Assembly: GCA_007376725.1 (NCBI GenBank)
Contig: VMGT01000001.1
Span: 1 to 55,185 of the forward strand
DNA length: 55,185 nt
From: Parcubacteria group bacterium Greene1014_15
GTDB taxonomy: Bacteria > Patescibacteriota > Minisyncoccia > Phycocordibacterales > VMGT01
Direction: 5' to 3'
Shown: one piece after another, positions 33,723 through 43,424 of the stretch
Numbering within the stretch: position 1 is the stretch's first letter
Layout of the letters: every line of letters begins with the position of its first letter
Notes under the pieces: generated by a model
Told to the model about the DNA's origin: nothing
What the model saw: the letters and a program-made list of their open reading frames with translations, nothing else
Databases searched by the model: none
Program-made: the position numbers and the translations under genes

Positions 33723-35114
33723 CTATTCTCCACGAAGTTTTGAGAGAATGATTCCCGTAAGACGTCCCGCCGTTCTTCCATCCGGAGCATAACAGAGTTT
33801 CTCGACCAAGAGCGCGCGCTTATCTTTATCGAGCTGTGGATTATCGAGGTATGCTTCCACTTTATCATGCAGTTCTTTAAAACTGCGCATGATAGGCACG
33901 CCTCCCGTATCAATGACATTCTTAAAATAGGTCAGTTTTTCAAGACGAGTGATGGAGAGATGCGGTGGATATTGTTTGTATCCGTCAAATCCGACTGTCA
34001 AAGTCGGTTTGTCGAAAACAGCCGCTTCAAGCGCCGTTGTCGAAAAAAGAGATATAACCACATCCGCGTAATACATCATGCTTATAAAAAAACGCGAGCT
34101 TTCTTCTTGTTCGTCAATTTTTCGCCAGTTAAATCGTATGTCCGGATTGCCTTGCAGTTTTTCATATTTTTTTTCTTCAAGCGCCATGCTGCGGGGGCTC
34201 ACATAGGGTCGCACCAAAAGTTGCACATCGTGCGTCCATGCACCATCGCGAATCCAATGAGCAATTTCCTGTAAAATATCACCTTCGTTCATCGTAAAAG
34301 CGCTGTTTGAAAAATATGCAATCACTTTACGATTGGTATCAAGACCCATTTCCTTAAAGTATTCATCGCGCGGCAGCACATACTTATCGTGTGGCACATA
34401 CTTATCAAATTGCAGAAAACCGAGAAGCGCGACCTGCTCATCCCGATATGCGTGAAGCGTGATTGCCTCGAGCTTCATGGGCATATTCTGCACGAGAAGA
34501 GTATCAACATGTTGCGGAATATAATACTTATTGAGATGATCCCAATTCGGCGTCATACCGAGCGTCGGAATGCTCCTGCGTTTCGCTTCAGCGACAACTT
34601 CTATATCAGGGTAGAATGCAAGCGCAGAAACAAATACAAGACTTGGCGCATAGTGATCAAAGATTTTCCGGTAGGGCCGCGCGCGAAAAACACGATCGTA
34701 TAACCAGGGAACAAGGGTTATTTTTACCCATCGCGATCTTCCAAATGTTCTTGCAATTCCTTGTTTCAAAAACACCAAATACTGATTTCCACCTGCTGGA
34801 GTAATATCCGCTCGAGCGCCTATCGTCGCAAGAACCTCGGTCGTACCAGTGAAAATAAGATAGGCATAAAAAAAGTGAAAGAGTTTCTGTAAAAACCCTC
34901 TTGGGAGATGCTGGTCAATATACTCAATGGAAACAAATTCGTTGGCCGGATGTTTCGCCAGATATCGATCTATTCCGCTGTTTGTTAAAATGACAATGCG
35001 AAGATTTTCATTCGCATGCGGCAATAGCTGTGACAATACTGAATCCCCAATTTCAATAAATTTCCCGAGAGCCGCACCTGTATATAAACACATTAAAAGC
35101 GTTTTTTTCTCCAT
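33723..35114 (-). CDS. Uncharacterised GT-B/TagF-like family protein, paralog 4 of 5
   Basis: 463 aa. AEAKRRSIPTLGMTPNWDHLNKY, LLVQN, LGFLQFDKY, ADVVISLFSTTALEAAVFDKPTLTVGFDG, DGRTAGRL. Confidence 0.78.
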   Translation of the reverse strand: MEKKTLLMCLYTGAALGKFIEIGDSVLSQLLPHANENLRIVILTNSGIDRYLAKHPANEFVSIEYIDQHLPRGFLQKLFHFFYAYLIFTGTTEVLATIGARADITPAGGNQYLVFLKQGIARTFGRSRWVKITLVPWLYDRVFRARPYRKIFDHYAPSLVFVSALAFYPDIEVVAEAKRRSIPTLGMTPNWDHLNKYYIPQHVDTLLVQNMPMKLEAITLHAYRDEQVALLGFLQFDKYVPHDKYVLPRDEYFKEMGLDTNRKVIAYFSNSAFTMNEGDILQEIAHWIRDGAWTHDVQLLVRPYVSPRSMALEEKKYEKLQGNPDIRFNWRKIDEQEESSRFFISMMYYADVVISLFSTTALEAAVFDKPTLTVGFDGYKQYPPHLSITRLEKLTYFKNVIDTGGVPIMRSFKELHDKVEAYLDNPQLDKDKRALLVEKLCYAPDGRTAGRLTGIILSKLRGE

Positions 35115-35207
35115 ATAACAAAAGTCCTGCAGGCAACAGGATCACCATATACTACTACGAAACCTCCCTCTTTGTTACAGGTTGTAGACATGATACACTG
35201 GGCTATT

Positions 35208-36446
35208 ATGAAAATAGGTATCATTCTTCATCAGCATAAATTTTTTGGAGGCGGTCCTCGTATCGCGCTTGAGCTTGCGCAATCTTTGCAAAAGAAAGGA
35301 CATGCGATAACTCTCTACGCCTTCCGACATGTTGATGATGGCAAGGCAACATTTGATAACCGAGCACAGGGGCTTCGAATCATCACCTTGCCCTCCGGAA
35401 CTAATTTCAAACGCAGGCCGTTCCTCGGCCTGTTCTATGTGCCAGGAACAAGCGCGATCTTTCAATATCTGCAAGAAAACAGGTTGGCAAAAATGCTTGC
35501 GAAAAAAATTGATCCGGCAACAGACGCTCTCCTTCCGCAAACATCCAAGCTCGACCTTGTCACCGCATATCACTTCACACATCTTCACAAAAAACAGGTG
35601 CCGATTATTTGGCAAATGAACGACATGACAACACATACGTTTAAGGTCTGTCACGCAGTGTCATGGACAGAGAGTTCTTGTTCTCTCCCAGAGAAACTCT
35701 GGTACGGATTTCTCGATCGGCTCGATCGACGCTACTTTGCCGCCGCGGATGAAATCACCGTTCTCGCGGATATGATCAAGAAACAGGCAAGAGACGGACT
35801 AGGTCGGGAAGCGACGGTTGCGCGCGTCGGCGTCAACACTGACCAATTTACGTATAAAGAGAGAAAAGCTCCACAGGAAAAAACCCGCATTTTAGGACAC
35901 GCGCAATTCTACCGACATCGACGTTTTGAAGACGCAGTGGAAGCAGTTGCTCTCCTTATCAAAAAGGGATATGACATAGATTTAACGCTCTCTGGAGACT
36001 CTGAAACATACGAGGCATATAGAAAATACCGCGATGAAATAGCCGACAAAGCGCGCGTGCTTGGCATAGCTCACCGTGTTCATTTTCCCGGACGGCTCAC
36101 AGATGAAGCATATCTCAAAATACTGCACGCATCCGATATATTCATCTTTCCACACGTCCGCCAGAGCTGGGGGCTTGTTCCGTTTGAAGCCATGGCTACA
36201 GGACTTCCAATTGTTGCAAGCAACGAAACAGGCGCGAGCGAGGTTCTCATTGATGGCGAGACTGCACTGATTGTAAAAGCCGAGGACCCGCAAGCCATTG
36301 CGAAAGCAATCGCGAATCTTGTCGACAATCCCGATCTTTACGCCAAATTAAGTCGAAATGGGGCAGTGTGGGTTAGAAAAGAATTAACGTGGGATCATTA
36401 CGCTGAAACTATCATACGATTAATTAAAAAACATCGCTCATGTTAA
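35208..36446 (+). CDS. Glycosyltransferase family 4 (GT-B, retaining type)
   Basis: MKIGIILHQHKFFGGGPRIALELAQSLQKKGH, RRFEDAVEA, FPHVRQSWGLVPFEAMATGLPIVASNETGASEVL (the EX7E region). Confidence 0.88.
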   Translation: MKIGIILHQHKFFGGGPRIALELAQSLQKKGHAITLYAFRHVDDGKATFDNRAQGLRIITLPSGTNFKRRPFLGLFYVPGTSAIFQYLQENRLAKMLAKKIDPATDALLPQTSKLDLVTAYHFTHLHKKQVPIIWQMNDMTTHTFKVCHAVSWTESSCSLPEKLWYGFLDRLDRRYFAAADEITVLADMIKKQARDGLGREATVARVGVNTDQFTYKERKAPQEKTRILGHAQFYRHRRFEDAVEAVALLIKKGYDIDLTLSGDSETYEAYRKYRDEIADKARVLGIAHRVHFPGRLTDEAYLKILHASDIFIFPHVRQSWGLVPFEAMATGLPIVASNETGASEVLIDGETALIVKAEDPQAIAKAIANLVDNPDLYAKLSRNGAVWVRKELTWDHYAETIIRLIKKHRSC

Positions 36447-37369
36447 ACAGGATCAAACAAAGTATTCGTTTCAAATATTACAACTTGCGCATGAGCAGGC
36501 TAGTGTGGTTGCATGTCTTCAATCGCAGAGGTCGCATACTTTTCAAGCGTAATCTAAACAAAAATCTACATGAAATACAAAAAAAAATCCTCAAAGACTT
36601 GCGCAAAAACGGTATCGTGTTTGTAAAGATTACTGATCTTATCTCGGAACAAGAATGGGAAAGTCTTCGGTTGTATGTAATGAACAAAGTCAACGAGCCA
36701 GGCGTGCAGAAGCGCATCAAACAAAACCGCAGCGCTGCATACAAGGGAGACGAGAAATACTACAACATTGACCTTATCGAGAGCAAGGTGCTTGATCTCA
36801 AAAATCCCATATACACATGGGCGCTTAACGAAAAAATTTTACAGATCGCAAATGAATATATGGGAATGTATGTCAAATTCCGCGGCGTGCGTTTGTGGGC
36901 ATCTCTCCCCGTTCCTCCAGGAGCCCCAGAAACTGCCTCGCAGCGGTGGCATCGCGATCTTGATGACCGCCAGCTCATGAAAACTTTCGTCTACTTTGAC
37001 GACGTCGATGAAACGGCAGGACCGCTCCACTACATTCGCGAGTCGCACGGAGCAGGCACATGGAACAGTGTCTTTCCGACACCGTTTCCTCTTGGCTCAT
37101 ATCCACCTCCCGGCGCAATTGAAAAAGTCATACCAAAGGAATACATCACCAAAGCGGTCGGCAAAGCGGGAACGCTCATTTTCTGCGACACAAGCGGCTT
37201 CCATAAAGGCGGCTACTGCACAAAAAAAAATCGTTACATGCTCTTCTGCCTCTACGCGTCTGCCGCGACTATAGACCCACTCGGATACATCTATCCTTCT
37301 ACGTTAGATACTTCAAATCTCTCTCCTCGCGCCCGTTTTGCGCTTGAAAATGAGGGTATGCCGTCGTAA
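36440..37369 (+). CDS. Phytanoyl-CoA dioxygenase (PhyH)-like Fe(II)/2-oxoglutarate-dependent oxygenase
   Basis: WHRDLDD (the HxD facial-triad region) and a distal His in DTSGFHKGG. The size and layout fit PhyH. Confidence 0.65.
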   Translation: MLNRIKQSIRFKYYNLRMSRLVWLHVFNRRGRILFKRNLNKNLHEIQKKILKDLRKNGIVFVKITDLISEQEWESLRLYVMNKVNEPGVQKRIKQNRSAAYKGDEKYYNIDLIESKVLDLKNPIYTWALNEKILQIANEYMGMYVKFRGVRLWASLPVPPGAPETASQRWHRDLDDRQLMKTFVYFDDVDETAGPLHYIRESHGAGTWNSVFPTPFPLGSYPPPGAIEKVIPKEYITKAVGKAGTLIFCDTSGFHKGGYCTKKNRYMLFCLYASAATIDPLGYIYPSTLDTSNLSPRARFALENEGMPS

Positions 37370-38312
37370 CTCGCGATGCGCGCAACATCTTCCGCCCGGA
37401 AGCGCACGGGGCCCATTCTGTTGTATATCCCATGCGATCCAAAAATATCTTTGCGTCTTCGTATACATATGGAGGATTCGTATGCAATTCGACAACTATT
37501 CGCTTGATCTTTAAAAAACACTCCGGGAATGTATTGAATAGCATTGCATACTCTGAACCTTCAATATCGCATTTCATAAACGCAACTTCACGTATATGTT
37601 GCTCGTTCAAAAAATCCTCGAGTTTTTTCACCTGTACATTGATTGATTTCATCATCACCGATGCAAGCGCTTTCGGGGGAGCAAAACCATGCCCTGCTGA
37701 ATTAATCGAGTTAAGAAAGATTTTTTCTGTGCCGGTATTTCCACCAAGAGCAATTTCGCAGGCAGTAATTCGATGTGCTAAATTATTCAAAACAATATTT
37801 TTCTGTACTATCGCAAAATTTTCAGGTACTGGTTCTAGCGCAAAGATATGCGCACGTGTTTTGAGAGCCGCAAGAAGACTAAAGACACCGATATGCGCCC
37901 CGACATCAAGAATAACGCCTTGGTTGGGGAGTTCGCCGTAATCATTTGCCACCCAATCCTCAATTACCATTGCGAGATCGTTGGAGTAAACATCAGATAC
38001 AAACATCTGAAGACCATTACGAAAGCGCACTATACGCTCCTTGGGGTATAGTCGATTAAAAGGAAAGACAAGTGTATACCAATTTTTGAAGAGTCTCAAC
38101 CTGCGGAAAACATGCCTCGCTCGTTTCCATTCTCTTCTAAAAATCTTTCTGTACCTTGAATTACGAAACTCTTTCCTCGGCGCATTTTTCCAAAGGGTAC
38201 GGATTTTTTCTGCTGAAAAAATCCTGAAATTGCGCCGCCAGTCGCGCCGTAAGCCACCTTTGGAAGAAGCGCCTCGATGAGTTTCGTCATTCACAGTTCT
38301 GTAGATATTCAT
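37299..38312 (-). CDS. FkbM-family SAM-dependent methyltransferase (full-length paralog of 3282-4019)
   Basis: ILDVGAHIGVFSLLAA, FALEPVPENF, FMKCDIEGSEYAML. It has a basic N-terminal extension. The 3' 71 nt overlap the convergent 36440-37369 gene. Confidence 0.85.
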   Translation of the reverse strand: MNIYRTVNDETHRGASSKGGLRRDWRRNFRIFSAEKIRTLWKNAPRKEFRNSRYRKIFRREWKRARHVFRRLRLFKNWYTLVFPFNRLYPKERIVRFRNGLQMFVSDVYSNDLAMVIEDWVANDYGELPNQGVILDVGAHIGVFSLLAALKTRAHIFALEPVPENFAIVQKNIVLNNLAHRITACEIALGGNTGTEKIFLNSINSAGHGFAPPKALASVMMKSINVQVKKLEDFLNEQHIREVAFMKCDIEGSEYAMLFNTFPECFLKIKRIVVELHTNPPYVYEDAKIFLDRMGYTTEWAPCASGRKMLRASRVTTAYPHFQAQNGREERDLKYLT

Positions 38313-38332
38313 GAGAATAGGTCTATTATCTA

Positions 38333-39019
38333 CTAATCACGAAATAATATAAAGCGCTGGAATAGAAAATTCCATACCATTCCGACTAAAACTGCGATCA
38401 ACACGCTATAGTTGACCCAAAGGACTGTCGGCATTCCATCAGGCGCGGGAACGACCGACACGAGAAACGTCGCAGTACTTATATTAATTAAAAATCCCCA
38501 AAAACCTGAAACAATAAAAACACCGAATTCTTGAAAAGATGCACGCGTACGACTCACAAATGTCCAATTTCGGTTCCAAAAGTAAGCGCTCCCGGCCGCC
38601 ACAATAAAAGATGCGGTCTTGAACAGCACAAAGAGGATTCCCGTTGCTGCATCAAAAATCACAATAAGAACATTAATGATCGACAACTCGAGCATCGTAT
38701 TGAATCCACCTACCATTCCAAATTTCACGATTTGAAAAAAGATCGGTCTTGTGCGAGCGAGAATAAACCCCATCATGATACCAATGCCCGTGAGAACGGG
38801 AAAGAGAATCCATGCAAAAAATAATGCCGCAAGAGTAAGTCGGGCTTCGATACATGCAAGAGAAACGATTGCAAAAAAACCTGAAGAAAAACCAATGATC
38901 TCCGCAAGGAGAAAATCGTCCTTGCGTGTGGAAGAAATGCTCTTTCTCGCATGAACGTCGCATACCGTCTTTGCATCATCCCTCGAAACAGTGCTAACTG
39001 CTGCGCGTTGCATGGTCAA
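38333..39019 (-). CDS. GtrA-family membrane protein (polyprenyl-phosphate-sugar translocation family) with an extra N-terminal TM region
   Basis: FFQIVKFGMVGGFNTMLELSIINVL...AGSAYFWNRNWTF...FLFQRFILF matches the GtrA-like PF04138 pattern. Confidence 0.78.
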   Translation of the reverse strand: MTMQRAAVSTVSRDDAKTVCDVHARKSISSTRKDDFLLAEIIGFSSGFFAIVSLACIEARLTLAALFFAWILFPVLTGIGIMMGFILARTRPIFFQIVKFGMVGGFNTMLELSIINVLIVIFDAATGILFVLFKTASFIVAAGSAYFWNRNWTFVSRTRASFQEFGVFIVSGFWGFLINISTATFLVSVVPAPDGMPTVLWVNYSVLIAVLVGMVWNFLFQRFILFRD

Positions 39020-39590
39020 AATAATCTTGAAAATATTGCGTAATCAAGTGTAATATCATGGCATGTATTCCTTCCACAATGCTATATCTGCCTTTTTCCG
39101 TCTTTACGCAAATTTTAACCTCGGCTAATTGATTAAGCGCACCACCATCAAAACCAGACAAACCAATCACTGCCACATTGTGTTTTTGAGCAAGTTCTAC
39201 GGCTTGTATGATATTTGTGGAATTACCCGAACTTGAGATCGCTATAACACAATCGTTTTCTTGAATATAATTTGAGAGTGGTCCTGCAAATACCATCTCG
39301 TATCCCACATCATTCGCCCATGCTGAAAGTTCTTCTTCGGTTGATGGCAGACGAATAGCCTGAAATCGACGCGTTTGTTTTTCGAGATTATGACTAAAGA
39401 CAGTTTTATTGAAGTCACTCACCCAGTGTGTTGCGAGCGCAAGCGATCCGCCATTGCCGAAAATATAAATCCGTCCATCGCGCTCATAAGTTGCATGAAT
39501 CACATTAATCGCGCGGGCAATTTCTTTAATCGGAAGTGTTTGTAATGTGTTTTCCACATCACTGATAAATTTTTTGATGTATGTTTCCAT
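38994..39590 (-). CDS. gmhA: SIS-domain D-sedoheptulose-7-phosphate isomerase
   Basis: IYIFGNGGSLALATHWVSDF...VIAISSSGNSTNII...VIGLSGFDGG. Confidence 0.87.
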   Translation of the reverse strand: METYIKKFISDVENTLQTLPIKEIARAINVIHATYERDGRIYIFGNGGSLALATHWVSDFNKTVFSHNLEKQTRRFQAIRLPSTEEELSAWANDVGYEMVFAGPLSNYIQENDCVIAISSSGNSTNIIQAVELAQKHNVAVIGLSGFDGGALNQLAEVKICVKTEKGRYSIVEGIHAMILHLITQYFQDYFDHATRSS

Positions 39591-40626
39591 ACGTTCGATG
39601 AGATAAAAAAGATGAGACCTGCTGGTGATTGTTCAAAAGAACTCCTGAACCTGCCTGTACAAATTGAACGGGTATTTCACGAAAACCACGGAGCTCCTTT
39701 CTTTCCGCAACATAGTTTACGTTCTTTCGAATCTCGCGGTGACAGAGCGGCGGCGCAAAAACAAGGAGGCATCCGCCACCGCCAGCGCCGAGCACTTTAC
39801 CTCCCCATGCACCGCCGCGGCGCGATGCAGTGTAAAGAGAATCAAGCACTTCATTAGAAATACCCTCCGAGAGGCTTTTTTTGGCAAGCCATCCGGTATG
39901 AAGCATATCTCCCAAGTCGCGCACATTCCCATCGAGCAAAAGTTTTTCAAAATCAGGTACCGAGTCCGACATTTTTTTGTATGTTTCAAAATGCGTATCA
40001 ATTTTTTTTCTTTGTTCGCTCAAAATACTTGATGCCGCGCGCGTAATACCGGTAAAAAAGAGCAGCAAATGTTCTTCTAGAAGCGATTTCTTCTTGTAAT
40101 CAAGAAACACGGGGGAAACTGCGACCGTAGCGTCAGTGTTAAATTGAAATACATTGAAACCGCCGTATGCTGCCGCATATTGATCTTGTTTACCGATCGG
40201 TTCCTTGAGCAGTTCAATCTCAAGATGACATGCCGCTCTCGCCGCTTCCTCCGCGCTCATCTTTTTAAGAAGCAATGCATGGAGCCCTTTGAGGAGTGCA
40301 ACCGCAAAGCTCGATGAGGATCCAAGCCCTGTTTTGCTCGGCAAATCCGCAAATGATCCAATTTCGATTCCTTTTCGAGTAATGCCAAGGTAAAGGAGCG
40401 CTTCGCGAATACTCGGATGCTCAAAGTACGAAGGATGCGACACGGATTCGGTTTTCGAGTATTTCGCCGTAAGACGATCCATGAGGGGTGACTCATTGAT
40501 GACCACATACACATATTTGTTAATGGTTGCTGAAAGAACTCTTCCGGGGTAACGGTTATAAAAGTCGGGTAAATCGGTTCCGCCACCAACAAAACTAATG
40601 CGCAATGGTGCTCGTACAAGAATCAT
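39559..40626 (-). CDS. hddA: GHMP-family D-glycero-alpha-D-manno-heptose-7-phosphate kinase
   Basis: RAPLRISFVGGGTDLPDFY...SFADLPSKTGLGSSSSFAVAL...GKVLGAGGGGCLL. Confidence 0.85.
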   Translation of the reverse strand: MILVRAPLRISFVGGGTDLPDFYNRYPGRVLSATINKYVYVVINESPLMDRLTAKYSKTESVSHPSYFEHPSIREALLYLGITRKGIEIGSFADLPSKTGLGSSSSFAVALLKGLHALLLKKMSAEEAARAACHLEIELLKEPIGKQDQYAAAYGGFNVFQFNTDATVAVSPVFLDYKKKSLLEEHLLLFFTGITRAASSILSEQRKKIDTHFETYKKMSDSVPDFEKLLLDGNVRDLGDMLHTGWLAKKSLSEGISNEVLDSLYTASRRGGAWGGKVLGAGGGGCLLVFAPPLCHREIRKNVNYVAERKELRGFREIPVQFVQAGSGVLLNNHQQVSSFLSHRTYGNIHQKIYQ

Positions 40627-41354
40627 ACTGAATGTCTTTTAAATCTTCGTATATCTTTTTTAATCTGAACAAAACCCAAGAGTATATAAAAAATGATTCG
40701 TGGAAGTTTTTTTGTTGGAAGACCTCGTGATTCCCCAAATTCACGCGGAAAATGGGTGATAGGAACTTCCGCAATTCGAAATCCTCGTTCCCGCGCTTTC
40801 ACCGTAAGCTCCGCCGCAACACAATGAGTAAGACGCCACGGCTGCAAAAGAAGAAAATCAACAACTTCTTTTCGCAGTATACGAAACCCACAATCAATAT
40901 CGTGCATTCGCACACCAAAGACAACTCCAATAATGATATTAAAGACACGTGCCAAGAAAAGCCGCAAGATGCTGTCTTTACGGTTCTTTTTCCATCCGAT
41001 CACCATATCAGCGCCCGTAAGCACAGGCAGAAGCTTCCAAAAATCATTCGGATCGTGCTGGCCATCGGAATCGCTGAAAAAAATGATCGGATTCTTGGCA
41101 AGCTGAAACGCTTCTTTCATCGCACGTGTATATCCTCGTTTCACACTACTTATATGAAGCGTTAGATGAAAATTTTTTTTCATACGTGTGAGAATTTCTT
41201 TCGTACCATCCGTACTGCCATCTTCACAGACAATAAATTCAGAGCCGGGAATCTTTGACGTAACCTTCGTGTAAAAATCCTCAATAACACGTTCTATCAC
41301 GTCCGCTTCTTGGTGAATAAGCAAAATAAGAGAGATCGGTTTTTGATTCATCAT
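40623..41354 (-). CDS. Glycosyltransferase family 2, polyprenyl-phosphate glycosyltransferase-like (GtrB/ArnC/DPM1-type)
   Basis: ISLILLIHQEADVIERVI...EFIVCEDGSTDGT...FSDSDGQHDP (the DxD region), with a C-terminal amphipathic/TM tail. Confidence 0.85.
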   Translation of the reverse strand: MMNQKPISLILLIHQEADVIERVIEDFYTKVTSKIPGSEFIVCEDGSTDGTKEILTRMKKNFHLTLHISSVKRGYTRAMKEAFQLAKNPIIFFSDSDGQHDPNDFWKLLPVLTGADMVIGWKKNRKDSILRLFLARVFNIIIGVVFGVRMHDIDCGFRILRKEVVDFLLLQPWRLTHCVAAELTVKARERGFRIAEVPITHFPREFGESRGLPTKKLPRIIFYILLGFVQIKKDIRRFKRHSV

Positions 41355-42676
41355 AACTTCTTCGCAATTTCCATAGCGCTTTTGATGCAGTCATTCATGT
41401 TGATGTACCGAAATTCCGCAAACCGTCCACACGAATACAGATTTGGAAACGACGTGAGCGCACCATAGACTTTTTTGGTATACGGTGCATAGTTGAAATC
41501 ATACACGGGATATTCATAGGTGATTCGAAGTACGTCTTTCAGAAGAACGGTTCTGCGATCGATAATGCCTTTTGCATGTAGCTCATGTACACAATGTTGT
41601 GTAAGCGTTGCATCAGTCATTTTTGAAATCACATCGCCCGGACGATACGTAATCTCGGCAGTCACCGACGACCTATCCTTCGGTGAAAGGTGCGGCGACA
41701 CATAGTCATTATAGCTTACTCGATGAAATAATGTATCTTCTTCAGGAAAATAGATTGCAAATCTATCGGTGCGCTTAGGAGCTTCAAGACCGAGAAAAAC
41801 AAGTGCGAGAGAATTATAGCGAAGATGTAGAACATCCTGCCGCGTTTCCTTGCTGATAAACTTGGCAATCTTTCCTACAAAAACATGCACCGGCATCGTA
41901 TTTACAAGGATATCAAAGACCCGTTCGTTTCCACTATTGTCCATTACAACCCACTCTTCTCCGCGGCGGATAACTGATACAACAGTACAGTTCGTGACAA
42001 TCATGAGATTCTTGCCATGACGCGCCTCGGCCTTCCGCAGGATATTGTTTACAAAACTTTGCACTCCACCCTTCAAAGGATAGTAAAAATGCAGCTGGTG
42101 CGTATATCCTTCCGTCTCGATTCCGATCGCTGACTTGATAATATCTTCAATCGGGGGCTTTGGCACACGCCCTCCTACCCAGTCGGTTGTGAGTTTCGAA
42201 GGATCAATCTTCCATATTTTTTTATTATAAGGAATGAGATATTTTTCGGCAATTCCTTTCCCAAATGTCGCATACATCCATTCCTTGAAATTCTTCGGCT
42301 CGCCAGTGAAATTATTATTGATAAAATGATAAAGACATTCGAACAAATCTTCCTTGGGCAACGCAGCAAGTCCGTTTTCAAAAGGATACTTGATGAATCG
42401 ACCTCTGTAGAACGAGCAATTATTACGATACAGACGATGCTTGTTTTCTCCAAGCATCGCAACCATCCAGTGGAGTATTTTTTTATCCTTTGCAAAAATA
42501 ATATGAGGACCTACATCAAACACAAAGCCTTCTTTGTTGAAACTCCGCGCCAAACCGCCAATCGTATTTTCCTTTTCTAAAATAGTCGTCTCAAATTTCC
42601 CCCGCGGAACAAGGTAGGAAAGAGAGACCGCACTGATACCTCCGCCCAAAATACCGAGTCGTTTCTTCTGTCTCAT
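41351..42676 (-). CDS. FAD-dependent oxidoreductase (amine-oxidase / UDP-galactopyranose-mutase-like fold)
   Basis: LGILGGGISAVSLSY...LEKENTIGGLARSF...GFVFDVGPHIIF is the dinucleotide-binding plus GG-motif pattern. Confidence 0.65.
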   Translation of the reverse strand: MRQKKRLGILGGGISAVSLSYLVPRGKFETTILEKENTIGGLARSFNKEGFVFDVGPHIIFAKDKKILHWMVAMLGENKHRLYRNNCSFYRGRFIKYPFENGLAALPKEDLFECLYHFINNNFTGEPKNFKEWMYATFGKGIAEKYLIPYNKKIWKIDPSKLTTDWVGGRVPKPPIEDIIKSAIGIETEGYTHQLHFYYPLKGGVQSFVNNILRKAEARHGKNLMIVTNCTVVSVIRRGEEWVVMDNSGNERVFDILVNTMPVHVFVGKIAKFISKETRQDVLHLRYNSLALVFLGLEAPKRTDRFAIYFPEEDTLFHRVSYNDYVSPHLSPKDRSSVTAEITYRPGDVISKMTDATLTQHCVHELHAKGIIDRRTVLLKDVLRITYEYPVYDFNYAPYTKKVYGALTSFPNLYSCGRFAEFRYINMNDCIKSAMEIAKKL

Positions 42677-43386
42677 TGCAATACCTTAAAATAATCCATC
42701 GCTTTCTGCAACCGCACGGGCGTACCTATATCATAAAAACGCTTGTTTGTCACATACGCCTGCAATTCACGCCCTGCAATTAACGCTGGAAATAATACGC
42801 TTCCCAGAGAATTTTCATGTCTTTCCGGCAACAGGGATACTGTTTCTTTTTTGAGCGCAAGCGCACCACTTTCAACGTATGCGTTCGCGCTCGCTATGCC
42901 CTGTTGATTAAAGTCTATCACCAGCCCCTCATCATCTACACACAAGTTATGCGCTGCATCGTCTCCGCGATCTGTGCTATCACGATAACGATAGACTGCT
43001 ACAGCCGCCCTTTTTTGAGAATCCAAAAAACAGCGAGTGAAATCGTGATAATCAATCGGAAGATAGGTATCTCCATAGAGCAACAAAAATACATCATCAA
43101 GTTGCTCGAATGCCGCACGCAACGCTCCTCCATTCCCCAGAGGTGTTGTTTCTTCAGCATACGAAATGTGAACTCCTAACGACTTCCCATCTCCGAAATG
43201 TGAGATAATTTTATGCCGCAGATGCCCAACCAAAAGCAAAAAAGTGGTAAAACCGCTGTCACGCAAGAAAACAATGAGGTAGTCAAGAAATGGCCGATTG
43301 TGAATTGGCACCATCGGTTTTGGTATGTGTTCTGTAATCGGCCGCAGACGCGTCCCTAAACCTCCTGCGAGAATAACAACTTGCAT
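42673..43386 (-). CDS. hddC: Sugar-1-phosphate nucleotidyltransferase, D-glycero-alpha-D-manno-heptose-1-phosphate guanylyltransferase-like
   Basis: From ATG 43386: MQVVILAGGLGTRLRPITEHIPKPMVPIHNRPFLDYL...LLYGDTY...DIGTP. Confidence 0.82.
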   Translation of the reverse strand: MQVVILAGGLGTRLRPITEHIPKPMVPIHNRPFLDYLIVFLRDSGFTTFLLLVGHLRHKIISHFGDGKSLGVHISYAEETTPLGNGGALRAAFEQLDDVFLLLYGDTYLPIDYHDFTRCFLDSQKRAAVAVYRYRDSTDRGDDAAHNLCVDDEGLVIDFNQQGIASANAYVESGALALKKETVSLLPERHENSLGSVLFPALIAGRELQAYVTNKRFYDIGTPVRLQKAMDYFKVLQ

Positions 43387-43424
43387 ACTACTCAATCCTA
43401 CCACAACAACCGAAAACAACGTAT

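Noticed and set aside
35175-35654. 159-aa minus-strand ORF.
   Set aside because: It is antisense to the N-terminal part of the GT4 gene (35208-36446), which has clear family motifs.
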